Source: Leidyana gryllorum EB-2025a
Lineage: Eukaryota > Protista > Apicomplexa
Assembly: GCA_048772705.1 (NCBI GenBank)
Contig: JBLWGC010000036.1
Coordinates: 124,001-188,000 of the forward strand
Direction: 5' to 3'
DNA: 64,000 bases
The notes beneath the pieces were generated by a model. It worked only from the letters and a program-made list of their open reading frames with translations, had not been told where the DNA came from and made no database searches. The position numbers and the translations under genes are program-made. Each line of letters begins with the position of its first letter. Position 1 is the first letter of the stretch. Positions 1-10,508 of this stretch are shown in pieces.

Positions 1-303
1 CGCTTCTTCGGGAACGACCCAAACAAAGTACCTAAATTGGCTTTAACTATTGGTGTGGGGACACTGATGGATGCTGAAGAGCTGTTAGTGTTGTGCACAG
101 GCCACAACAAAGCCCTCGCAGTTCACCACGGAGTTGAGAAGGGCGTCAACCATCTCTGGACCATCAGTTGCCTACAACTTCATCCGCGCGCCCTAATGTT
201 TGTAGATCCCCCCGCCACCGGGGAGCTGCGTGTGAAGACTCTGAGATACTTCGAGCAACTGGAGCGCGATAACGTTATGCATTTGCGTCAATCTCAGGCT
301 TGA
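1..303 (+). CDS. nagB: Glucosamine-6-phosphate deaminase, C-terminal part (5' end outside the window)
   Basis: Frame is open from base 1: [27 protein letters not shown]...[15 protein letters not shown]...[10 protein letters not shown], which matches the NagB/GNPDA C-terminus. Confidence 0.93.
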   Translation, partial: RFFGNDPNKVPKLALTIGVGTLMDAEELLVLCTGHNKALAVHHGVEKGVNHLWTISCLQLHPRALMFVDPPATGELRVKTLRYFEQLERDNVMHLRQSQA

Positions 304-368
304 CTTTTTGGTGTCTGAGCTAAACCAACTTTTTCTCGTGAAAATGTGGTCACAAAAGGGGGTCAGTG

Positions 369-3300
369 ATGCAAGAGAGCAAGCAGTCAGCTGATCTCAA
401 GCCCGTACTCGCAGAATTATCTCCCGACGTAATCTCAATCTGCCGTTATCTGGCGTACAATGTGACTGAGTCAGCCTTCCATGCAGTCTATGCTCAGACC
501 ACGTCTCGCACGAAGAGCCAAAGCGCTCTCAATCCATTTGTTCTGCCTCAAGTGAATCAGAAGAGGGGCATATGGCGCGATCAGGCCGAGGCAATCAAAG
601 CCGCGCTCGGCCAACGGCCGACCTCGAACTTCATGTCTCTTCACCGGCAATCTCACTATCTCGGCCTCAGGAATCTCGGCGCCTCCTGTTATATGAACAG
701 CTATCTCCAGGCCCTTTTCATGAACCCTTCCTTTCGATGCCGCTTGTTCCGTCTCTGGCCCCACTTCGCCGGTAGGCATACGGTAAAACGTTTATCGATA
801 GTTTCTGTGTGTAGAGGAGCGCGGAAAGGTGGTGTACGAGCTCGGGCGCCTCTTCGCGATCCTGCAAAGCGCCCCACTCTCGGTCGGCGACCCATCTGGA
901 GTCGCCCGCTCTCTCTCAGTGAGCGGCGAGACCCAAGAAGATATGACAGAATTGATGACAATGTTACTCACCGCAATGGAAGCAGATCTCACAAAGTGTT
1001 CCAACTTCCAGGGCACCGGCGGCCTGGTGGAACTCTTCCGAGGCGAGATTGAGAATGGAATCGTGTGCGGGGAATGCCACAACCGAACCTCGCGTCTCGA
1101 ATCTTTCCAGGAGCTTCGAGTCCAACCCCCTTCGAGGGCCGCGAGTTCTCCCGGCCCATCCTTCCTGCTGCCCGCCGTCTCCCGGTCACCGCGTATTCCG
1201 AGAAAGCTATCGGAACCTCCATTGGGCGAGAAGTGGCGGCGAAGTGTCTCTGGCTCATCTCGATCGACATCCAGGGGAGGAGATAACCGTCGACAGATTC
1301 TTCAACAACGACGACTGCAAGCCGTCGCCTCCGTCGCCGAGGAAATACGACCGGCCGAGCCAATCGTGGCTATTGGAGAGGAACAGCAGAAAGAGTTGGT
1401 GCGTCCCAACTCACCAAACGAGCCTATTGTTGAAGTTCCAATCTTCGAACAAGTCGCCTCCAAAATGGAACCGCTTCCAGAGAAGCGCTCCAACAAAAAT
1501 CGGAAACGCCACCACGGCCCCGCGGACAGACAGCACACGCGTAATCGTCGAGGCTCCCCCAGTAGTGTTGTGTTAATCAATGCTGGGAGCTCGTCAGGGT
1601 ACTATACGTGCGACAGTCCTTCGTGTTCTTCCAGCGGAATGCCGGCGGGAAACGTCCCGACCGGTGGCAACGGTGATCGAACCGTCGAGCTCGAGCGAAT
1701 GTTACACGCGTTGTTCAAATCCGAAGTTCTGCGTCGCGAGAATCAGTATTACTGCGAAAAGTGTCAGAAGCGAGTCGACGCGACAAAGTCGCAAACGATC
1801 GCGACACTCCCACCGGTAAGAGAAGCCGGAGATTTCAATGTATCAAACTCTTCTCCGCAGTATCTACAAATCTGCTTCGAACGGTACCGATACGACGCGA
1901 TGACGGGCGACCGCGTCAAGCTAATGCACGAGATAGTCTTTCCGGGGATACTGGACATCGGCAGATACTGCACCGGACGTCACAAGTCTAACGGCCGGTC
2001 GAGAAAGAAAGTCAAGAGAGACTTTGCGCCCAGTAACAGGACGGACGAAGTGGCCGCGGGCGAATCCGAGAGCGGTCAAGTGAATCAGAGCGACACCACC
2101 ACAACTCTCACAAACTCTGCAGAGGTACCGTCTCGTAGGTCAAGGCGATCTGCGGCGAGCCGTTCCCGAGTGCCCGACCGAAGTGAAGACGATCCTACGT
2201 CTCGAGAGGAACCCGACTCTGAATTTGATGACGATGTTGACAGCAGTGATATTGACTCGGATGTGGAGATGACTGGGGACGAGTCGACAAACACCACATA
2301 TGAGCTGATTGGTGTCCTGGAACACCTCGGTGGCTCAGCCACATCCGGTCATTACCGAGCGAAACTCCGCGATCTCTGGTACACCTCACCCAGTACGAGT
2401 TGTGACCGCACAGGGGAGAGTTCCTCTGCTAGCCCGGCACAACGCAACAATCAGGACGACATTGCAAAGGACTTAGTGCAGTCGAGTCCGACGGAAGAAG
2501 AAGGCGCTCCCGATGAGGCAGAGAGCCTTACGTCCCATGTTACGGATACCAAGCGTTCGGGCACGCACACAGAAGCAGTGGTTACAGAAACGATCGCTCG
2601 AACCTCCTCTGTAGTGGAGATGCAAGACGACACAACGATGGATCAGACCGATAGTTGGGTGAAATGTGATGTTTCTGAGTCTCGCCAGCATGACATTCCC
2701 CCACCTATCACCGAGATTTCAGCGGAAAACTTGTCGGTAAGTTTGTGCACTGTGTCAAACATGTGTGTGTGTTGATAACTACGGAGTGTTGACAACTACG
2801 GAATTGCGGCACCATGATGCAAGCGGCCGACACAGATTGCCAATCGAACGATCAATCGAACAAACGATCGAATGATCAAGTGGGTGATGAGTCGAAGGAG
2901 CAGGCGCCGATAAGCCGTCCGAGTGGTGACTCTATCATCACATGGAGCACAGGCCTTTTCTTCAAGGATTATATAGCGTATTGCGAGAAGTACTCGTTCA
3001 GCTCATCTTACACAACCGATGCGTTGGTTCTCCGCTATCCATCTGAGGTGATGATATTCTCCGAATTGTTTGACGTGATGAATTGGGTGAAAGAAAGTGC
3101 CCACAAACGCGTCTACATATACGGGAAGAGAACCATGATTGTAGCATCGGCTCGTCTGGCGATCTGGTACCGACGTTCGGAAGCGTACTCGACTCTGGAA
3201 GCTGGAATCCCTCGCCGCACTGCGGGCGTGACTTCCAATGAACACCCTCCCTTGCCGCATGTCGTCAAAAACGAGTTTACGGACGATAAAGATGTGGCCA

Positions 3301-6300
3301 CAAAGAAAGACTCTGCAGCCACGTCGAGCTCAGAGGACGCGAAGCGCGTCGAGGTGGACGAAGAGGCTGAAACGACTGCAGAAGACTTGATAGCCGAGAT
3401 TGGTTATCCGCATGTACCTAAATGTCGGTACACCCAAGACGGCGTCTACTGCTACACTTTCGTCTTACTGCCCACTTATCGCTTACTGGTGTACCGGAAC
3501 AAAGTGGAGTTCTCACTCAATCCGGTGGAGGAGTTGATCGGCAGCAGAGGTTTGGAGCCGGACTGCGATTTTGAGGCCGTTGTGGACAGCATATTACTTC
3601 CTGAAGACGAGCTCGAGGCGCAAGACAGTATTCCAGAAGACTCGGGAGTGCCGGGCGCTCTCATCCCGCTTACGACTGCTGAAGACGACGCGTGCCGCAG
3701 TCCGCAACCGGAACTTGAGAAGTGTGACGAAGATTCCCAACCTGTTGGCCAGTCAACCCCGGAACCTGAACGGTCCCCAGCTGACCCTCACTCTGTGATC
3801 TTCAGTGACGGAGAATCTCTCGCTCCAGAGGATACACCTCGAGATATTCTCGAGGAACGCGCCAACGAAGAGTCTGAGGTGGAAGAAGTCGTCTTGCCGG
3901 AGGAGGCCGTGGAGGTGCAGCAAGTCGAGGACCCATCACCTACGCAACTCCAAACCCCACGCAATCCCCCTTCATACATCCTCCCCCACACCCGTGATGC
4001 ACCTTCTCGTGTTTCGTTCCACCCAGACACTGGTGATGCACATGTCTCCCTTCCCCCTCAGGAGAATATACCAGCACGGAAGATTCCATCGAGTGGAGTT
4101 TGCCGAGGAACCGCATCAACCAACACACGAAGTCAAGGATTGGGAAGCGAAGACCTCTCAGGAGAGCCCTCACCTGTGGAAAGAATCACTGCAAAGGAAG
4201 CGCTGGCTCGATGGATTGACTCCACCGGGCTCCAAAACCACCACAACGCTCGTCTGCATCTTCCCCCAAACCACACCGAGCTGGTTCGGGACACAGTCCC
4301 AGGGTTCGTAGGTGGAAGCAGTCGTAAGTATCCAGTGTCCCCCCATCCCAAAGTGTTACGTGGCTAAGCATCGAAAACTGAGTGAGACTGACATCTATCG
4401 ATCTCTCTGTCTCTCTCTCAGGTTTCGGGCTTTGCGGAGGGTCTCGTGATGAAGAAAGTGACACGGAACACCATCTTGTCCAGGAACCCTCGTCTAAGCG
4501 CCGACGAGTGGTCACATGTCGGTCGCCGCAAGAAATCCTGCCAGTCTCCGATCGATCAGCGTCCACGCCGGCTGCCAAAGATCACCTTGTCGGCCCGTGT
4601 GCCCGTTGGAACGCAAGAGACTTTGGGACAGGTAGGCAGGCTGACTCAGCAGTGGTGGTCGAGTGACACACGGTGCAACGAACAGTCATTGATTGCGAGG
4701 ACCCGAGACGGTATCGATGGATCGAGTTCGACGATCAAGTAGTGAGAGCTTGGAATCCGCTGGTCGCCAACGGTGAGCCGAGTCTGCTGCTGAATCACAA
4801 TGGCAACTTGACGACTTATATCAGTGGAAGAGCCCGACTTTAATGCCAAGATGTACATATCTGATACAGCGTACATGCTGCTTTACAAACGTACGGATGT
4901 TTTTACCCCGGCATCAGACTGCGTGCTTCCTGATGCCCTACGGGAGTTCATTGACAATTTGGTGAGTGTTAAACACCGTTCGGGTGCCCCACAAGTGGAT
5001 ATAGACGCGAGACCATATAGAAAAAGAGCGGTTGTACGAAGATCGAGCACAAGTAGTCAAAGTAGTGTATGAGCAGGTGAGATCTCTCACTCGTCTCGAC
5101 ATCCCTTTGTAAGGCGCGCGAACGCATCCTCGAGCTCGTCCCCCGCCTGACTGACACCACAAAGATCCTCTGGGATTCGTGGTTGAGTATGACGGCCAAG
5201 GAGGAGCACTTGGTGGGATGTGGGCGGGCGCAGTTGTTTCATACTAAGATTCTGCCGAAAATGTCCTGTGTTCCCCGTCTATGGTGGACAGCGGTGATAC
5301 AAGGCGAAGAAGGCAACTTTGTCAGCGCAACGTACGAGTCTGTGCAACGAGACGACATGTTGGTCTGTATCGATCCATCCAACGTCTTCGCTGGCCAGCT
5401 GGCAGCCCTCGAGCAGCAAGACGACAGAGTGCGGTGGGCCTCGACGTGTGTCGAGCCCCGTTGGCTCTGCAGCCATGGCAAAGGGCTCGCTCCCACTCTC
5501 ATGACGGACGGCTCGTTCCGCGTCCTCCCGTCCGGAGTCTTTGATGACTGGATAGGTGCCATCAAGATGAAGGAAGAAGAGAAGGTGGATCCGGTGGCGG
5601 TTGAGGAGTGGGACGAAGCGAGTCTGGTGGGGATGAGTGTCGAAAGATTGGCCAAAGTATCGGCTCCGTCGTTGTTGTGCTCGCGATGTTGCGATTTGAT
5701 GTTGGCGGCTGCCCAAGTCTCTGTCAAAATGCTCTTCACGCTCGAATCTCTGATTAAAGATATCAAAAGGTTCGACATGTCATCTGCCTCCGAGAGCGAC
5801 GTAAGCACCTCCGCTCCCGGCGGCATCCGACGCTATTTTGTGACAAAAAAGGCGCTCACTCGTCTTCAAGCCGTCCTGACACCCCCGGACCTCCCAAAAT
5901 CAGGAGGGGGGGCGGCAGGGAAAGCCAACAACCGTCTTCATCACCGCAAACTATGGGGAAGCGGCAGCAATGGCTCGCTGGAGAAAGAGTTGATCCAATT
6001 GAGGTCAGCGATGCGACTGCTCAGAAAAGATTTACGACATCTCATTCAAATGCGCAATGACATCGTTGCGGACGTATGGGACACAACGATCCGAGAGAAA
6101 TGGACAGTGTATCTGACATATGACTTGAGGTGCCCACACGGCAGCGTTATGGCATCTAATGGCCGAATTAAGGGCATTTGGGTGGACGCCGACAAGATAG
6201 ATCAGCTGCAAGAACTGGACCAAAGTCGCGCGATCTTCTTATCCGAGATCCTCGGTTTGGACTCGTCTTGGCGACTACCCAATCGGCTGAAACTTGAAGA

Positions 6301-7279
6301 AGACCCCCCGCCCACCAGCAAGGCTCAGATTGAATCAGCGAACTGCTCGCAGTGTTTGGAAGAATTGGAGGAGCGCAATCGGGAGGCGAGAGCAGCGCGC
6401 AGGAATCGGACAATTGTGCGAGCAACGTTGCCTGCTGGGCAATACGACATGTTGATGAATCCAAAGTTCTTCATGTTGACTCAAGCGTTGCTGAAAGGGC
6501 GTCGCAACACCATCTCGTTACCCCTGGAGGGCATCAATGTCATGGTGGACAACGTGGTGTTGAACGAATGGAGGGCCACTACGGGCAGTGTCTTTGCACC
6601 GAGTATGGGAGAATGGGATTCTTTCACCGTCAACGACGCCGTGGCCACCATTGAGCGGTATTTCCATTTGTTGGTGGAACTCGAGCTCAGTAAGGCTACA
6701 CATTGGTGGGCCTCTTCGGCCTTTCATCCCTTCAATATGGATGTACCCATCCTGGCGATTTTCGAATCAGCTGACAACACCTTTGACAATTCCACCGCTT
6801 CCGCTGGAGGATATCTGGTTCAAGCCTTCCCAGTTAACGCCGAACTCATCTCCAGATCCCTGGTGCCCCTCGACACCTTCCGAACCCTCACCGGCCCAGA
6901 GGTCGACGCGTCATACAACTTGATAATTGTGGAGATCCGACGCACCGAGCTCACGGGGCGGGAGATTTTCAACGCAAGCGATGATATTGCCATGGGAATG
7001 GACGAAACAGCTGGGCCTCTGCGAACAGTGGTAATGGACCGCTTAGTTCCCGATGCCGGAGCAGCTGATCTATGCGTACTCCTTCGTCTTCCCACAGTGG
7101 GCGCTCACACACTCTTCGGACGACAGGTCAACAATTACATGGGGAGTTCCATAGTCGTGATGCGCGGTCGGCCCAAAAGCACAGTTATCCCTCTGGCCGT
7201 CAACACTTTCCACGAGTATGACTTTGTTGCAGTCCTCTTCTTTGTTCGGCACAAAGTGTCCTGGCCAATCACAGCTTGA
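369..7279 (+). CDS. Large multi-exon ubiquitin-specific protease (peptidase C19, USP48-like)
   Basis: Cys box GLRNLGASCYMNSYLQALF; YYCEKCQKR zinc ribbon; His box YELIGVLEHLGGSATSGHY; WIEFDDQ in a small exon at about 4686-4772; AYMLLYKR. Example intron 772-814 (GT..AG, frame-preserving). The 3' end is uncertain. Confidence 0.88.
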
Positions 7280-8418
7280 GCTCTGCAGTCACTGGCCTCC
7301 CACAAGCGCTGCCTGCTGACTTTTCCAGCCGTTTGAGAAGCCAAGCCAATGCCCGCGCCTTTTTCTGTTGACTACACTCCTCGAACTCTTCATCGGTTAT
7401 CCGACTGTCGCTCAATGCAGATGAATCGTTCATTGTACATATCCGGTGAACTGTTACCGAAAGCTGAGTACCTCGTAAGTCGAGTGATGAAGGCTCCAAG
7501 ACGCTTCGGCCCACACACCATATGAGTTGGCGCTGGAATCTGACAGAGTTCCGCAGATCATATGCGAGCGAGATGCGGAGGGGGTGAAAGCACCGCGAGA
7601 CGGCCTCGGTGGGCGGGACAGTACCCGGAGATGGCTCGAGCAGACTTTTAAGAGTCACGAGATTGTCGATGAGCTGTATCTCCACAAGTCTCGCGGAGGG
7701 AGGCAACGAGGTCGGGTCATAGGAGATCTGATGAGCAACGACGGTTCCCTGTGAAAGGAGGCCAGCCCAGATTTCTGGAGGGCTCTCCTTCTGGGGGATA
7801 TCCTGACACACAATCGAAAAGGCTCTCAGTTGCTGTGACTGTTGACAACGGAACGATTCGAGGGCGGGAAGTGTCGGGAACTTTCCACTCAGTTGTTGTA
7901 TAGATATTTGGTTCCCTTCCCCCCCGGGAGGGAACATGCGACTGTTCAAAATGAACGACACAAAACGGGCGATCGACTTACTCTTTGTAGAATGAGACCT
8001 TTAGGTTTCTGCAGGAAGGAAAAGATCGCAGGAAAAGGGGAATGATGTCGGAGTAGCGGCTGTCCTCGCCTTCGAGAGGGAAGAGGAGGTGAAGGCAGTC
8101 GGTTTTTCTGGAGGCAGCGTTCAGTATACTGTCAGCCGCCCTCTTGTAGCTCTCAGCCGCTCCGATCAATGAGATACGACCGTCTGCTTCCAGTTCGGTC
8201 TTGAGATAGCTTCGAGGGCAGCGACCATTAGAAAGGGGGAATGTGACTCTGAAGCATCCAGAGTCGACCCAGACGCACCAGCTCGGTGGGCCCCAAAATT
8301 CCAATACCGCCTCTCTCCAGGACTCGGAGGCCACCGCATAGGCGACACACTCATCGAAGTTCAACCACTCCACAACTTGTTGACGGATCAGCCACGGCAG
8401 GGTGGCGAGGATGGCCAT
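7269..8418 (-). CDS. F-box-like protein (2 exons)
   Basis: N-terminal LATLPWLIRQQVVEWLNFDECVAYAVASESWREAV fits the F-box pattern. A GTAAGT..AACAG intron at about 7981-7942 joins the two ORFs. Confidence 0.55.
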
Positions 8419-8584
8419 AGCGAGGGCTGGATTCCGTGATATAAATTTGGATCGGATTCCTCCAAGACGGGGACTATGTTGTTGTTCTGTTACACCTTAG
8501 AATTAAGAAAGTGCCTGCCGAAGAAACGCGGCTTTGAGTTGCGCAACTCCCCCCCTCCCCCCTCCCCCCTAGACGAGGCAAAGT

Positions 8585-8633
8585 GCCCTCTGTTACCCTG
8601 GTGTCCGCCCTCTGTTACCCTGGTGTCCGCCCT
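8585..8633 (+). repeat. 22-nt tandem repeat (GCCCTCTGTTACCCTGGTGTCC x2 plus a partial copy)
   Basis: Exact copies at 8585-8606 and 8607-8628. Confidence 0.95.
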
Positions 8634-8761
8634 GTTGATTGCATAGGTGACCAAACACTCCTCTTCATTCATATATAAATCTGTTTATCATCAGTGTAAG
8701 ACAATGAAGTCTCAAAATGGACTAGAAAAACAAGGGATCTTCGGGATAGACATCATATTCA

Positions 8762-10306
8762 TCACACAAAGTTGAGAGCATCAACACACACAAGGCGACG
8801 CTCACGAACGAAAGTTCGCGGACGGGTAAGCCCTTCGCCAGTGGTGCCCGCGATGGAGAAGGAGGTGTACCCTTCACCTCCGACTCCCAATCCAGCGGTG
8901 TGGGATCCGTTAACTACAAAGATGGAAGTATCAAGATATCGAGACATTTCAGTAACCCTCTCCACGTGGTTGGAATACAGACTTGCAGTATGCTTATAAC
9001 CATACTCAGCTCTTTTGGCCAATTCGAGAGCCTCCTCCCAGTTGGTGCAACGGACGATCGGGAGAACGGGCATGAGCTGCTCGGTCCAGACCAAAGGATG
9101 TCCCTTGGGCACTTCACACACAATCAGTCGGCAGTCAGCCTCGTGCATGTTGTTGGCAGCAGCAATCTTGGCCTTGCTGAGAAGAACGTGGGCTCCCAAG
9201 CCGACCAGATCCTTGTTGACCTGTCCGTGGGTGAACTCCGGGGGGACATTGCCATCAAAGACGACCTTAGTGAGAGCTTCAATCTCCTTCTCGTCCTTTG
9301 CGTGGTAGGCGCCAAGTTTCACCATCTCCTCGATGAGGCCATCAACAACACTGTCAATGGCAAACACCTCCTTCTCGTCGGAGCAAATCATGTTGTTGTC
9401 GAAAGAAGCGCCCATGTAAATGCCTTTGGCAGCGGTCTTGAGGTCGGCAGTGTCGTCAACAATCACCGGAGGGTTACCCGGTCCGGCGCAGAAAGACTTC
9501 TTGCCCGACTTCATCGCGACCTTCACCACAGCAGGCCCACCAGTGATGAGGTTGCAAGCAACCAAAGGATGCGACATCATCGTTCCGCCAGAAGCGATGG
9601 TCGGGATCTTAACAGACGCGACCAGGGAAGGGGGGCCTCCAGCTTGGACGATCGCCATGTTGATAACAGCAATCGCACGGTTAGTGCAACGCATCGCACC
9701 GGGATGGGGGTTGAACACCAGACCGTTGCCACCGGCCAACACGGTAATGGCGTTGTTGATGGCAGTTGCGGTGGGATTGGTGACGGGAGTCACGGCGGCG
9801 ATGATACCATACGGAGCATAATCGATAACTGTGAGTCCACTGTCACCAGTGAAGGTACGAGGGGCGAGATCCTCGACACCGGGGGTGGAATGGATAGCGA
9901 CTGCTTGTTTGTTGTACTTGTCTTCGTAACGTCCACGGCCAGTCTCAGACCAAGCGGCCAGAGCAAAGTCCGCACGGAAGAGATCGCAAACAGTCCGGAT
10001 GTTCTGGATGATTTGCTTTCTCCGAGCTTGAGGCAGAGTCACGTAGATCTGCTGCGCTTCGTGACAGCGTTTGATGGCCGTCTCGATGTCATCGTGGACC
10101 GCATCAGATGCAAGCTGGATCTCCTCTAGAGGGAACCGAGTAGGATAGCTGTAGCTGGTGGGCGAGATAGTCCACATGGCAGTACGCAAGGTTGCGTTCA
10201 CAGCGCTCCTCTTGGTCGGGGAAGACACGGTGGCTTTGGGAGTTGATACCGTAGGGGGGACGGGGGCAATGTTCTCAGAAGTAACATCCAGAGGGCAGCT
10301 GATCAT
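8762..10306 (-). CDS. eutE: CoA-acylating aldehyde dehydrogenase, EutE/PduP family, intronless
   Basis: Motifs TGDSGLT, PYGIIAAVTPVTNPTAT, FNPHP, TGGPAVV, AGPGNPP, SFDNNMICSDEKE (catalytic Cys), EQLMP, HTA and GLGVGGEGYTSFSIAGTTGEGLT. First ATG at 10306. Confidence 0.92.
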   Translation of the reverse strand: MISCPLDVTSENIAPVPPTVSTPKATVSSPTKRSAVNATLRTAMWTISPTSYSYPTRFPLEEIQLASDAVHDDIETAIKRCHEAQQIYVTLPQARRKQIIQNIRTVCDLFRADFALAAWSETGRGRYEDKYNKQAVAIHSTPGVEDLAPRTFTGDSGLTVIDYAPYGIIAAVTPVTNPTATAINNAITVLAGGNGLVFNPHPGAMRCTNRAIAVINMAIVQAGGPPSLVASVKIPTIASGGTMMSHPLVACNLITGGPAVVKVAMKSGKKSFCAGPGNPPVIVDDTADLKTAAKGIYMGASFDNNMICSDEKEVFAIDSVVDGLIEEMVKLGAYHAKDEKEIEALTKVVFDGNVPPEFTHGQVNKDLVGLGAHVLLSKAKIAAANNMHEADCRLIVCEVPKGHPLVWTEQLMPVLPIVRCTNWEEALELAKRAEYGYKHTASLYSNHVERVTEMSRYLDTSIFVVNGSHTAGLGVGGEGYTSFSIAGTTGEGLTRPRTFVRERRLVCVDALNFV

Positions 10307-10508
10307 CTTGAAGTTTGACGTTGAAGACAAAGAGGGTGATTGAAAGGATGAGAGAGACAGAAGATGAGATGTGATTTCTGTTGTTTACATCAGTCTGAGC
10401 TATCGCACACATAGTGTGCTATTGGGAGAGGTTGGGAGACGGGGAGTGTAATAGCCCGCTTCGGCTCGCTGTACCCAAAAATATTCTACAATCCTCAAAC
10501 ATTAGACA

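Noticed and set aside
8900-10129. 409-aa plus-strand ORF
   Set aside because: Antisense shadow of the aldehyde dehydrogenase caused by biased codon usage; no motifs of its own.
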